From: Mytilus californianus | Taxonomy: Eukaryota | Direction of reading: 5' to 3' | Length of the DNA: 64,000 nucleotides | NCBI RefSeq assembly: GCF_021869535.1 | Contig: NW_026262626.1 | Coordinates: forward strand, 25,668,001 to 25,732,000 | In this document: one piece after another, positions 10,901-24,520 of the stretch | Position numbering within the stretch: the first letter of the stretch is position 1 | Layout of the letters: every line of letters starts with the position of its first letter | Made by a program: the position numbers and the translations under genes | The notes under the pieces: generated by a model | Databases searched by the model: none | Seen by the model: the letters and a program-made list of their open reading frames with translations, nothing else | Told to the model about the DNA's origin: nothing

Positions 10901-12893
10901 GGTGATGACCTGCATAGAAGAATGAAACCTCAGGTCATAACGCGTACAAACTTTTTTGAGCAGAATTTTAGTATTTAGGGGACATTTTTCTTATAATTTA
11001 TATCAAAGTTCGAAAACATGTCCACATGGTTAAGTAATTTAAAATTGTACATTTTATTATTTCATTGCACTTACATGTAGAGGCCATTGATAGATTTGTG
11101 TTTCTGTTTATATTCAGTCTATGACATACAATGTGCCGATTTGTGTTTTCTTTGCATACAGTTGTGCAGCTCTTAAACAGTAAAACATATCAGAGGTTGA
11201 TATTAGAGTATAATAAAGTAAAGTTAAACAATTAAAGGAGGTATAGATGAAAAAAGTAATTTTCAAAAAAAATTTATTTTTTAATTGTTCTAAGGTAGAA
11301 CAATAAGTAAAAGTATTATTCTGATATGTATTTGCATTCAATTCATATTAGATTTATTCTTTTTACAAAAAGTTAAAGGAGTATATTGTGAATTGACAAA
11401 AAAGGGGAAGTAACTCAAATTGTTTTTAAAAGAACTTTTAAATACACAAATTATTTACGACCTAAAGCTAAGGTAATTGGTGTTAATTAACAGTGTGTTT
11501 GACACCAAAGCTGTAAAGTGAATCCATGCACTGAAATGGGTCACTTGAGCTGAGTTTACACAGCTAGTTGAACTTCTTGTCCAGGAAGAATTACGAATTT
11601 GTGAAAATCTCGGGTCACACCTGCAGGATCCGGGTCAGTTGACAGGTATGACCCCTTTTTAGCGCTGAACAGGACTGAATTACTGCATACATGTATGTGC
11701 GTTTTCTATAAACAAAGAATATATCAATCAGATTGTTAATTAACTGTTGATTCATGATGTAAATCAATAATGATTGGATTTTAATTGCTATATTTTTCTG
11801 AAAGTTGCATTTTTTATGAATTGAAAAATTATTTTCAATATTTGTGGCAATATAAACATGATAAATATTTCCCGCCATGTGACAAGAAATGGTGCTATCC
11901 CACAATGCATCATTCTAACATCAAATAAACAAATACTTGTTTTGTATTCTACCTAGCTTATACATATAACAACACAAACATACTGAATCAAAATACATAC
12001 CTCAAAACAGAGAGCATGAAGATAAAGGCCGGGTTTAAGTAGCTGCATATCATGCATATATAAAAATGCATAGATACATGTATATGGAGTCAAATTGAAT
12101 TACATTCAAAGAATTACTGGAATTGTTAAGCACAACTATAAAACATGCTTCAATTGAAGTTCAACTAAAATATAGAGGATAATTCCAACCTAATTTTTGA
12201 TGTTATATATAAACCAATTTGCACAATAATTATTACTTATCAATACAACAATATACGTACATGTAACAATATATTTTTTAAGTCGAAAATTAAAAGTTTC
12301 ATAGACTTTATAACTGATCTTTCTATATCAAATTTGGTTCTGTAAATTGATTAACAAACTGAGGGAAATTATGCATAATTAAATGTAGATTTCTGAAATT
12401 TGATTTCACATTTCATTAGAAACTAGGGATATTTTTGATTAAAAACACACTGTGGAACTGATTTAAAAAATTACTCACTTTCCAGAATGTTTAGTTTGAA
12501 TATTTTGATAATTTATAAACACATATTAATTTTACTTCATATTTTCCCTTTCATTCAAGAAACTTATACATGTAGCTGTCTGAATTGATAAAGTTGGATT
12601 TTGATATGAAAACTCTGTAAGTTTGGTTTTTTTTTTCACCCAAAAAAATGATTTTCATACAAAACTCTTCAATCAGTCAGAGCTCTGACATAAATGAGTC
12701 AGAATTTTTTATTATGGAATTTACATGATTTAGAATATTTGATGTCATGAGTTACCTCCCTTCATTTTAGAGAAAAACTGACTTCAGATGAGAAATTAAA
12801 GTCAAAAGATAGTCTATAATGTCTATTTTTTTGGTCCATATAAAAAAGGAGATGTGGTATGATTGCCAATGAGACAACTCTTCACAATTAAGC

Positions 12894-14453
12894 AGTCAGG
12901 GGTACTACTTGTACAAGTTATTTTTGTTTACATGAAGAAGTAAATATTAATATACTTGCATAAGTAAATTTGTAAGATACTTATATAATTATACAAGTGT
13001 ATTTTATTTACTTGTATAGGTCAATTATATTAATGGCTTAGTTATGTCCCTTTGACATACAGATTTTTTATAAGACCAGCAAAAATTTGTGTTCGTATAT
13101 TGCTATCACGTCGTCCTCGTCGTCCGAAAACATTTGCTCTCCGGACATTAATTTTAGTTTTAAGAGTATGGATCTCTATGAAATTTAAACAAAAGGTTCA
13201 ATACCACAAAAGGAAGGTTGGGATTGTTTTTCGGGGTGATGGTCCCAACTGTTGAGGAATTAGGGGCCTTTTAAGGGGCCCAAAACAAACATTTTTCTAG
13301 TTTCAGGACAATAACTTGTGTATAAGTATTTTGATTGCTCTGAAATTGTACCACACGGTTCAATACCACAAGTAGAAGGTTGGGATTTATTTTGGGGGTA
13401 ATTGCCCAACCGAAAAAGGAATGAGGGGCAAAAACAAGCATTTTTCTAGTTTTCAGACAATAACTTGTGTTTAAGTGTATGGATGTCTCTAAAATTGTAC
13501 CACATTTTACAAAAAGAAAATTTCTTCAATATTGTTTTTTTTTGGAGGGGGGGGGTAAAAAAAATTTTGTTGGGGGGGTCAATTTTTTTTCCTTTTATTT
13601 TATTTTGCTAATACTTTGTATATAGTCTGAAAACAGATTTACTAAGTATTGCGCAACAGCACAGTGTATTGCACAACAGCACGAAATCTTCAATTGAATA
13701 TAAATTCAAATCATATAACCAATTTCAAGTTTTTTGACTACATTTATTCTGTGTCAGAAACCTATAATGTGTCATATATTTAATTACAATCCAAATTCAG
13801 ACCTGTATCAAGCTTGAATATTGTGTCCATTTTTGCCCCAACTGTTCAGGGTTGGACCTCTGTGGTCGTATCCAGCTGCGCCCGGCGAAGCACATTTTTT
13901 ATTTATACAAGTAAAAAAGTCATTCTATCTTCTTTTCTTGAATTTCTAAGGACTTCTTTGCTCTAATAGAATTTTTAATTGGCGGTCCTTTGCAGATGTC
14001 TTTACTAATCATTTAAGTGTAATTTCATGGACAATGAAAATCTCAGTTGTCTGTTATCTTCAAAACACTGCTGATTTACAAGCCCCCAAGGGGCAATTTT
14101 TGAAGGCCTTGTGCAATTGCTTAAGATATTTGCGCAATTAGTTTCTTTGTTGAATTAATGAGATGAAACGTTGAACTCTTGTAAAAAATTATGAGCTAAC
14201 CAGAGAAAAATTGTTTAAGGCATGTTTTTACATCCCAAAACTTGAGAATTTTAGGGAGTGTAAAAAAATTACTTATACAAGTAAATTTTTGGAGAAAATT
14301 AAGAGGAGATTATTCATACCTTATAAGAAAATACAAATATAACAAATTTTCTTATATAATTAAGTATATTATCATTTACTTCTTCAAGTAAATAAAAATA
14401 ACTTATAATATATAATAAAAAAAAACTAACTTGTACAAGTAGTACCCCTGACT
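12894..14453. mobile_element. Non-autonomous TIR element splitting a SINE-like dispersed repeat
   Basis: TIRs AGTCAGGGGTACTACTTGTACAAGTTA / TAACTTGTACAAGTAGTACCCCTGACT; the host repeat (gagacaactcttcaca...caagagactaaatgacac) resumes after 14453. Confidence 0.75.
13064..13896 (+). mobile_element. Helentron-type non-autonomous element (HINE-like), nested (approx.)
   Basis: T-rich 5' end, (gtc)n microsatellite, ggacaataact/caataccac core repeats, 3' end gcgcccggcgaagca; same family as 15730-16828. Confidence 0.6.
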
Positions 14454-15729
14454 AACAAGAGACTAAATGACACAGAAATTAACAACTATAGGTCACCGTA
14501 TGGCTTTCAACAATGAGCAAAGCCCATACCGCACAGCTATAAAAGGCCCCGAAATGACTAATGTAAAACAATTCAAACGAGAAAACTAACGGCCTAATTT
14601 ATGTACAAAATAATGAACGAAAAACAAATTATGTAACATAGCAACAAACGACAACCACTTAGTTACAGGCTCCTGACTTGGGACAGGCACATAAATACAG
14701 AATGTGGCGGGGATAAACATGTTAGTGGGCGCCCAACCCTCCCGGGCCCTAATCCTGGGACAGTGGTGCAACAGAACAATGCAAGAACTGTACAAAACAG
14801 TAAACAAACAACACATTTGATCAACAGAAACAGACAACAACCATGTTCATATTTAAAAGCTGAATGTCTACATGCACATGACATCACAACTTCATTTTAT
14901 CTCCCAAAAATATGAACAAAAGCTTAAAAAAACAGTCATGCATAGTTTACCTATTTATCATGATCATGTTTATGCAATTGTGTATTTGGGATCAATTGTG
15001 AAAAATGATTCATGCATGTAGATTTACATTAAAATAAGCATGTAAAGATGGATTTTTAGATTGCTAAACATCATACAAATATCAGAGCTGTCAAATCTCA
15101 AGCAATGTCATACAATGTGCATGAGACTCACGCACTTTCATGCTTATTTGACAGCGTTTTCCTTTGATCTATTGTTTTTTCTCTTTGATCATAACAATTT
15201 TTGCCAAATCTCACATATTTGCTTCATGAAACTTGACAGCCCTGCAAATATTCATGGTTATTTATTGAATACATATATGCATGTAGGTTAACAAATCTTA
15301 AAAAAATGAAAATTTCAAGATCCATTTGAACAAAATATGATCTATACAAGTCCAGCTTATTCTGATTTTATATTATTAGTAAGTCTGAAAATACTATTAA
15401 CTCTATGTAAAAAGGCATAATCTGACTACTAGTAATGCAAATCAAATCAAATATTTTATTATAGTCTCACCTCTCTACATGTACAATACAAACATGAATA
15501 CAATATCTACAGCATGTTTTGATTAAAAGTACAAAACAATCTTAAAAACATTCGAGAGCCACTCTCAAAAGAGTTATGAGAGACTTTTACATAAAAATGT
15601 CCAAATCGATAAAAATAAAAAACACTTTTTTTTTTATCTATATAAAACATTCTTCCTTTGAATTAAAATATCATGGCAGATTTTGGCAGAATAAAAGCAC
15701 AAATTTTCATTTGTAAATAAGAATATAAA

Positions 15730-16828
15730 TTTTTATACGACTGTCGTATATTGGTATCACATCGTTGTTGTTGTTGTCGTGTGAAGACATTTGGTTTCCG
15801 GACAATAACTTTAGTATTAGTAAATAGAAATCTATGAAATTTAAACATAAGGTTTATAATCACAAAAGGAAGGTTGGGATTGATTTTGGGGGTTATGTCC
15901 CAACAGTTTAGGAATTAGGGGCCAAAATAAGCATTTTTCTAGTTTCATTACAATAACTTGTGGAACTGTGTATGGATCTCTCTGAAATTATACCACAAGT
16001 TTCCATACCACAAAGGGATGGTTAGGATTGGCTTTGGGGGTTATGGCTCAAAACGTTTAGGAATTAGGGGCAAGAAATTGAGAAAAAACAAGGGTGTCCT
16101 GGTTAATGGACAATTACTTAAGTACAAATTACAGTGTAAGGGAGGTAATTCAAACACAACTTTGAATTACCTCCCTTACACTGCTTTTAAATTATGTATA
16201 AAGAATTTTTTTATTGTCTTGAGGTGATTAGCTGTCAATTCATTTTTAGAAGTTACTATTTTAATAATTTTAAAAATGCTGATTAAGGTAAATTAATTTT
16301 AGCTAAGATTATGTATGTCATTTTCTATTTTAAGACTTTTATGATGTATTTAAATGGGTTATTATGGTTGCAAACTCCATTGGAAATTTGAATTGAAATT
16401 ATGTCCATGACTGAGGGAAAGATTTTTTTTTTTGAAAAGAGGAGGGGGTTAAAAAAAATTGGGGGGGGGGGGGTAAAAAAATTGGTGGTGGGGGTTGGCG
16501 GGGGGATAATTTTTTCTCAAGATTACAGAAATCAAAAAGAAAATCCTTCAAATTTTTTTTTTTTGAAAAAAAGGGGGGGGGGGAGGTCAATTCTCAACAA
16601 CATACTGTTTGGCACAAAAGCAAAAAATTGAATATAAATTCAAATCATATAACCAATTCTAAGTTCTTTGACTACAGTTATTCTGTGTCAGAAACCTATT
16701 ATGTGTCAAATATTGAATTACAATCCAAATTCAGGCCTGTATCAAGCGCGAATATTGTGTCCATTTTTGCCCCAACTGTTCAGGGTTTGACTTCTGCGGT
16801 TGTATCAGTTGCACTCGGCGAAGCAATT
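15730..16828 (+). mobile_element. HINE-like element, second copy (approx.)
   Basis: Shares core repeats and the 3' block cccaactgttcagggtt...cggcgaagca with 13064-13896; contains G-rich low-complexity sequence. Confidence 0.6.
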
Positions 16829-17200
16829 TATTCATTATCAATTAAGTCTAAAAAAACACTTTTAAAAGAAACTGCTCTAGTAAAAAGCTCTTGTCTTGCA
16901 TGTGAATATAAAGGGCATTTTAGTAAAACATGGTTCTCATCTTCAATGAGTTTCTGTTGCATACATAAATCATTAAAACAAAATCTATTTTCACATGAAA
17001 CCCCTTCATATCTGCCTGTTTCAATTCTAATTGGCGCCATAAGTCTTCCAAGATTTAAACTGGATTATGTCAGAATGTTAGAATATATAATGCAGTTTTG
17101 TTCATTGTAATCTTTCAAACTATTTCAACAGATCACCTTTTCATACCATCAATGAATTTTGATTATCAAACAGCCAACTCACAACATATGCACAATAGGG
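16828..17200 (-). mobile_element. LINE ORF2 C-terminal fragment with CCHC-type Zn knuckle (RTE-X-like; approx.)
   Basis: APIRIETGRYE...RFCFNDLC...IEDENHVLLKCPLY, followed upstream by decayed frame. Confidence 0.7.
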
Positions 17201-17374
17201 AGCCCTTCAATTACATTTGAACTCTCATAACTTAGTAGTATTAATTATAAAAAAAAACAGCAATTTTAAAAGTGTTTGATCGCAAGTAGAGGCTCAGATT
17301 TGGGGTACCCTTGATTCTAAATACTCCATTTTAGTATCATATGAAATTAAAGATTGTTCAGTGGTCATGGTTGA

Positions 17375-17497
17375 TTTTTTTTTTTTTTGCAAACATGTGC
17401 AGGTACTTTTTTTTTTTTGCAAACATGTACAGGTACTTTTTTTTTTTGCAAACATATACAGGTACTTTTTTTTTTTTTTGCAAACATGTACAGGTAC
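17375..17497. repeat. ~31-bp tandem repeat x4
   Basis: (T)n-GCAAACATGTACAGGTAC units, directly adjacent, no spacers. Confidence 0.9.
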
Positions 17498-17716
17498 CAC
17501 TTCCCTAGTATTGAGGGAAAAAAAATATTTCAGGGTTTTGACAAATCCTACATTTAACGATATTTATAATTTATTATACCTATGAAATCATACAAACAAC
17601 AAATCCAAAATATAGACCATAATAGTGCTTACTGCTCATACTCCTTTATGTAATCTTAATATGTATAGACTTAAACAAGTAACAAAGTATGAGACAACCA
17701 ATTATTTCTATTTCAG

Positions 17717-17929
17717 ACTATCATGAAAGCTGTCTTCAAGCTGTTTTACGATTACAGAATGAAGGCCATATTAGTGTTATTATGTCGAATCACTTGTTCT
17801 CAAGATTGACTGCAAACTTTGGAAGAAATCATTTTGTGACAAATAAAAAACTGAGCAAATGGGATCTTGTTACTTGTCCTTGTTCTAGGAACTGTGGAGA
17901 GGAAATAGTTTATGATAATATTGGAATAG
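17717..17929 (+). CDS. Uncharacterised gene, coding exon 2 of 3
   Basis: tttcag|AC...ATAG|GTAAAC; 213 nt, phase 1-1; encodes DYHESC...TCPCSRNCGEEIVYDNIGIG. Confidence 0.78.
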
Positions 17930-20187
17930 GTAAACTTATATTTTCTGATACTGTAAATTCAGAAGCGATTGTGAGGATTTTTATTAATGCAAAAAATGCA
18001 ACTGGGTGAGTATCACAGTAATAAGAACTTGCATTCTCTGATAACTGAAACATAGATCTGTTTGCAGATTTTTTCGAAATCACAATACATTTTGTATTTA
18101 AACTCTCATTTTTATCCATTCTTGAAAAACACAATAGTCAATAATAAATGCACGCAATAAAATAGCTTACTGTAAATTCAGAAATTTCTAACATTAAGAA
18201 AGGCATCAATTCAATTTTAGAGGCAGACTTAGGAGAAGGAGGGGACCTGGACCCCCCCCCCCCCCCCCCCCCCCCCCCCTTCTCATAGAGCTACATATAT
18301 GGTTAATTCATAAACTTTTAACAAGTTCTACTTCTGATAACAATGTCTTGTCAGTGTTGACTTTAAATTTTACTTGCATGAACACTCTGTAAAATTGAGA
18401 AACTTCTACATTTGATCTAATACTAGTATAAAATGCCAAGATGATTTTCTTGCATTATATAAAAAAAAAATCATGGTAAAAGAAATTTTTTAGAAAGTAA
18501 TATTGTCCAAGACGTCTCACTATAAACATGATAAACATGATAAAAGGCATAATGAAAAAATTGTCTATTAAATTTTTTATTGTTTTGAACATGCATGAAA
18601 TATTTGCCGCGGGACATAAAGCAAACAAAAGTCATCAATTTGCTAATTTTACTTTTAAGTATTGTTGATTCATATATTTTCATGGATATTTGATTTTGTT
18701 ATTTTGTCTGAATACAAGTTTATAGAAAATTTGTACTTCGTTGTACATTTGATTTGTGGTTAGACTCTTCCAACCAAAATCCATGTAAACTGGTATCTCA
18801 CAAATAATAAGGAATCCACAGTAACAGTTGAAATCCTGTGAAGACATTATCATTTATAATAGTTTTATTGGATCTTTGTTTTTTAACAAATCTTTGGTTT
18901 ATTTACTGGTAGTAGGATACATACTTTTGTATCAAAATAAGAAAATTTGATGACATTTTGACAAGGCATGCATTACAAAAGCATGCTGCAGTTTAACAAT
19001 GTATTGCAGCGAACTACTAGTATTTGTTAAACATGTTAAAAGGGATTTGTATTTGCATTAGCACCTCTGATTTCTGTGGAGATTATATTAGTTCTTTACC
19101 TGCCTTCTCATTTATAGAAAATTGATTTTGAAACTTATCCCTGGTTTGAATATGAATTTTGTGATTAGAGCTGATAAAGAGGAACTAGTAAGAAAAGTAA
19201 AATTAATAATAATAATTGGTTAGCAGTTGTATAACCATTGGCGCATCTCATTTCCATTGTCAAAGTGATGAATTGGATTAGTCTTCTCTGACATGGTCCA
19301 TTGAATTTGAAACTTTTTATATAGTTTACATGCTAAAATTTGTGATAACCACAAATGGTTAGTCCATGATGTTTGTTGCATTGCCATTTAAAATAAAACA
19401 ATAGCATCATTATCTATGGACATTACAAAGAGATCAAACATATCTGTTGCAACAGTTTATTTTTAGATTACCAATTACCACATGATACTCTTTTGTACAG
19501 GCGAAGAATACAACATAGATAGTAGTCTTGGTTTTTTTCAACATTGCTGAAGAATAGTGATCTTTTCAATTCAAACCACTGTAAAAATAGTCTCTTTTTT
19601 CAACAGTGATGAAGAATGATGATCTCCTTAAATCATTATCATACCACTGTAAAAAGTTTTACTGAAAAATAGAAATTCAAGAAAAAAGGGAAAATTGTCA
19701 GTTTTAAAGAATTTGATAATAAAGAAACACAATAAATAAAAGATGTGTGATATATAATTTATATGAAGAAAAGGAGATGTAGATTATGATAGGACATTGA
19801 CCCAGTAACACAAAAAACAAAGAAGACATTGGGAAGTAAGCATATGGTCTTCGACAATAGACAGGTGTCAATACAATTTGTCCAGGTCCAAATTTTCTTC
19901 AGTCTAAAAATGCTGTGAATGAACTTAACAGAGACTAAAACTTTTGTTGGAAATTAGGGAGTTACCGGTACATGTATTTCAGTAACTTTAATTAATTTTA
20001 AATAATAATGACAACTGTGTTATTAAGAAGCATCAACATTGATTGTAGATATGATGGTGGCAAATGAAGATTTATTGGAGACTTTTGCTGATTTTCTGAG
20101 AAATTCTCTTTAAAATAATGCACACTATAATTGTCTAGAGCTAACTAATATAACTGATATAATGGAACTCCTTATCGAAATATTTGA

Positions 20188-21438
20188 TTTTTGTCGAGCC
20201 TGCGACTTTTGTCGCAGAAAGCTCGACATAGGGATAGCGATCCGGCGGCGGCGGCGGCTACGGCGGCGGCGGCGGCGTTAGCTAACTTCTTAAAAGCTTT
20301 ATATTTTAGAAGATGGAAGACCTGGATGCTTCATACTTTGTATATGGATGCCTCATGTTACGAAGTTTCCGTCAGTCACATGTCCAATGTCCTTGACCTC
20401 ATTTTCATGGTTCAGTGACTACTTGAAAAAAAAGTTCAGATTTTTTGTAATGTTAAATTCTCTCTTATTATAAGTAATAGGATAACTGTATTTGGTATGT
20501 GCGTACCTTGCAAGGTCCTCATGCCCGTCAGACAGTTTTCACTTGACCTCGACCTCATTTCATGGATCAGTGAACAAGGTTAAGTTTTCGTGGTCAAGTC
20601 CATATCTCAGATACTATAAGCAATAGGTCTAGTATATTCGGTGTATGGAAGGACTGTAAGGTGTACATGTCCAACTGGCAGGTGTCATCTGACCTTGACC
20701 TCATTTTCATGGTTCAGTGGTTATAGTTAAGTTTTTGTGTTTTGGTCTGTTTTTCTTATATTGTATGCAATAGGTCTACTATATTTGGTGTATGGAATGA
20801 TTGTAAGGTGTACATGTCTAGCTGGCAGGTGTCATCTGACCTTGACCTCATTTTCATGGTTCAGTGGTCAAAGTTAAGTTTTTGAGTTTTGGTCTTTCTT
20901 TCTAATACTGCATGCAATAGGTCAGCTATATTTGGTGTATGGAATGATTGTAAGGTGTACATGTCTAGCTGGCAGGTGTCATCTTACCTTGACCTCATTT
21001 TCATGGTTCAGTGGTCAAAGTTAAGTTTTTGAGTTTTGGTCTTTTTTTCTAATACTATATGCAATAGTTCAACTATATTTGGTGTATGGAAATATTTTAT
21101 GATCTATATGTCAGTCACGCAGGTTTTATTTGACCTTGACCTCATTTTCAAGGTTCATTGCTCAGTGTTAAGTTTTTGTGTTTTCGTCTGTTTTTCTTAA
21201 ACTATAAGCAATAGGTCAACTATATTTGTTGTATGGAAGAATTGTTAGCTGTACATGCCTGCCTAGCATGGTTCATCTGACCTTGACCTCATTTTCATGG
21301 TTCATTGGTCAATGTTTAGTTTACTTGGTTAATGTTAAGTTTATGTGACAGTTGTAATAAAGCTTTATATTTAGGACTATCAACATAATATCAATGATTA
21401 GTAAAGAAGGCGAGACATTTCAGCGTGTGCACTCTTGT
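20188..21438 (+). mobile_element. HINE-like element with (GGC)n tract and ~146-bp internal tandem array
   Basis: 5' ttttgtcgagcc, (GGC)n at 20245-20278, units tgaccttgacctcattttcatggttcagtgg repeated about every 146 bp, 3' ggcgagacatttcagcgtgtgcactcttgtt. Confidence 0.75.
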
Positions 21439-21713
21439 TTGAAAATGGTGGGAAAAAGCTGACTGGGACTTTTACCTTATAATTGGCATTGGTATTATTT
21501 TGGTCTCAAATCATAAGAAAAGAAATCTAGAATCTGCTTAAATTTTGGTAAACAACCTTTTATGAGCTATCAAAGTCTTCTATGAAAAGAAAAGTGGGTG
21601 ATATGGGGCAAACTGTATCGTAGGAAAACACAAAAAGTCCAAACATCTGACAAAAATTCCTAAAAATGACATAACTACATCCTTTATGAAGAAATATTCT
21701 ATTTTATTTTCAG

Positions 21714-22354
21714 GAAGTGAGTATTTATGGTATGGATGTCCAGACATAATGATGCTTCCCTATGGTGGAGTATGTGGTATTGTAGTACCAGAAGATTCAA
21801 GTAGCGAGGACAATGAATTAAGTTCCAATCTTGAAACAAATCTGAAAACATTTGTAGAGTACAGAGACACTTCATCTCTTCGTGGAGAAAATACTGTAGA
21901 AAGGATAATATCTATGGCCATTACATTTTCTATGTTTCAAAAAATTTCAAAACCAATATTAAATCTTGAACAGACTCAATCAACTTCCATGGTTCCAATA
22001 ATTGCTGCCAATGCAAGACATTTTGACATTTATTTGTACGATTCCAAGTATGATATTCTTTTGCGTAATAATGGACCACCTATTCCATTGTGGGAGGATG
22101 AAACAATAAGAAAAATTCCTGCAAAATTAAACCTATCGTCAGTTCTACAACTTTGGATGACCATTAATTATTTATCGATGCAAATGCAGCTTAGAAAAGA
22201 GGACACTGTGATTTTGTCTGGAAGTTGTGGCTTCCTCTCAAAATTGACAAAGGACAAATTAGAGGATATTGAAGCAACATTACAGATGGCAAAATGGTTT
22301 TATCCACCAGAGAAAAAAGAATTTGAATTGCACTTCCAAACTCTTTCCCCCTGA
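21714..22354 (+). CDS. Uncharacterised gene, coding exon 3 of 3
   Basis: ttttcag|GA completes Gly (phase 1); open to TGA 22354; LWYGCPDIMM...FVEYR...IISMAITFSMFQK...YDSKYDILL...LQLWMTIN. Confidence 0.8.
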
Positions 22355-22739
22355 AATATATGCATCATCAATCAAAGTCAAACCAAATAATAAAATCATT
22401 AAATGCAATTTCAAACATCATTTCTTTTAAAGATGGAAGGATACTGTTTCATATCATTGGCACTTTATCTAAAAAGTAAAAACTGTTTTTAAAAATGCAC
22501 ATTATCAGACCAATACATACTGTTGATGCTCTAGATTTGAGTAAAGAGTGACAAATCTTTTGATGATGTTAATCATCCAGTTTAGATCAGTCATTGCTTT
22601 CTTATGACAAATATCAACTGATTATTGCATATTGAAATACTTGTAGATATATATGAATGTTGAATATAAAAATGTAATTCTTGGTTCAATGAGTGCTCAT
22701 AAGAAAACTGTATAGTTTTTTGTCACGTTAATTTCTCAC

Positions 22740-23511
22740 TTTTTAGCTCACCTTGCCCTAAGGGCTCCATGTGAGCTGATGCGATCACTTGGCGTCCATT
22801 GTCGTCTGTCGTCGTAGTCGTATTAAACTATTTCAAAAATCTCATGAATCTTCTCCTCTGAAATGTTCCTTAGGGTATCTAGTTTATAAAATGTATCCGA
22901 AGTTTTGATCCATCAACAAATATGGCTGCCATGGTTAAAAATAGAACATAGGGGTCGAATGCAGTTTTTGGCTTATATCTCAAAAACTACAGCAGTTAGA
23001 CCAAAAGTGAAAGGAAGTCAAAGTGATATATGGGTCATGATCTATCTGTTACGAAATTTTCAGACAAGTTCAACAACCCATTGTTGGGTTACTGTTGGAA
23101 ATAATTTATTTTTATTAAATTTTACTGCTTTTGGTTATTTTCTTTAATATTATAATAGATAGAAAGAAAGTATAAATGGCATTAAATGTTCAGCTAAATA
23201 AGATCTACAAATAAGTCAACATGATCAAAATAGTCAATTGACCCCTTAAGGAGTTATTGCCCTTAAAACTTTTTTTTAACATTTTTTGTGAAAGTTTATT
23301 TACTTTTTCAAAAATCTTCTTCTCTGAAACTACTAGGCCAGATACTTAAAATTTTACAGTTTTGGGTTATTTATTATCTTTCAATATTATTATAGAAAGA
23401 GAGAAAGTGTAAATGACAAAATTGTTCAGCAAAGTAAGATCTACAAATAAGTCAAATGACTGAAACTGAAATTACATGTGAGCAATATGAGGCTCTCATG
23501 AGCCTCTTGTT
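22740..23511 (+). mobile_element. HINE-like element (approx.)
   Basis: 5' ttttagctcacc...gtgagc, (gtc)n tract, 3' palindrome gaggctctcatgagcctcttgtt. Confidence 0.65.
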
Positions 23512-23539
23512 GTGAGAAATATGATAACTATATTTGGTA

Positions 23540-24520
23540 TATATGGGATCCTTGCAAGTTCTACATGTATTTCATACAGGGTTTACCTGACCTTGACCTC
23601 ATTTCAAAGATGATTGACCAAGTTTCAGCTTTCATGGTTGTCTGTATCTCAGATACTATAAGCAATAGGTCAACTAAATTTTTGTGTAAAGAACGATTGT
23701 AAGGTGTACATGTTTGACTTGCTGATTTTATCTGACATTGACATCATTTTCATAGTTTATTGGTCAATGTTGATTTTTAGTGCTTTGGTACATTTCACAG
23801 ATACTATAATCAACAGTTCAACTATATATGGTATGTGGAATGTCAGATTGTAAAGTGTACAAGTTTGTCTGGCAGGTTTTATCTGACCTTGACCCCATTT
23901 TCAGGGTTTATTGGTCACTGTTCAGTTATCGTGATTAGGTCTGTTTCTAAGATGCTATAGTCAATAGGTCAACTAGATTTGATTTAAGGAAAGACTGTAA
24001 AGTGAACATGTCCGTCTTGCAAGGTTCAACTGAACTTGACCCCATTTTCAGGGTTTATTGGTCACTGTTAGTTATCCTGGTCAGGTTTGTTTCTATGATA
24101 TTATAGTCAATAGTTCAACTAGATTTGGTATATGGAAAGACTGTAAAATGAACATGTCCTTCTGGCAAGGTTCAAATGACCTTGACCCCATTTTCAGGGT
24201 TTATTGGTCACTGTTTAGTTATCCTTGTTAGATCTGTGTCTAAGACACTATAGTCAATAGGTCAACAAGATTTGGTATATGGAAAGACTGTAAAGTGAAC
24301 ATATCCCTCTGGCAGGTTTCAACTGACCGTGAATTCATTTTCATTGTTCATTGGCAAATGTTACGTTTTTATGGTAAAGTCAGTTTTCAGATATTATAAG
24401 CAGTAGGTTTTTTGTATTGCATGATTGTATGGTGTACATGTTCGTCTGTCAGGGTCCATCTACCCTTGACCATATTTTCATGGTTCATTGGTCAACATAT
24501 AATTGTCCTTGTTATGTTTG
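23540..24520 (+). repeat. ~146-bp tandem array related to the HINE core at 20188-21438
   Basis: About 7 diverged units of tgaccttgacc(c/t)cattttca.ggttt/cattggtca. Confidence 0.8.

Larger units (their letters stand above)
10226..11650. mobile_element. Non-autonomous TIR DNA transposon
   Basis: 13-bp TIRs CATACCTGTCAAC / GTTGACAGGTATG; ACCCCT on both outer flanks. Confidence 0.6.

Noticed and set aside
16399-16631. Low-complexity ORFs and G-quadruplex-like runs (also 13545-13580, 18255-18280, 60369-60387)
   Set aside because: These are homopolymer or low-complexity tracts inside repeats, and run lengths may be sequencing-dependent.
17375-17497. CRISPR-like reading of the 31-bp repeats (also the 146-, 158- and 165-bp arrays)
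   Set aside because: Units are contiguous without unique spacers, there are no cas genes, and the context is eukaryotic with introns.
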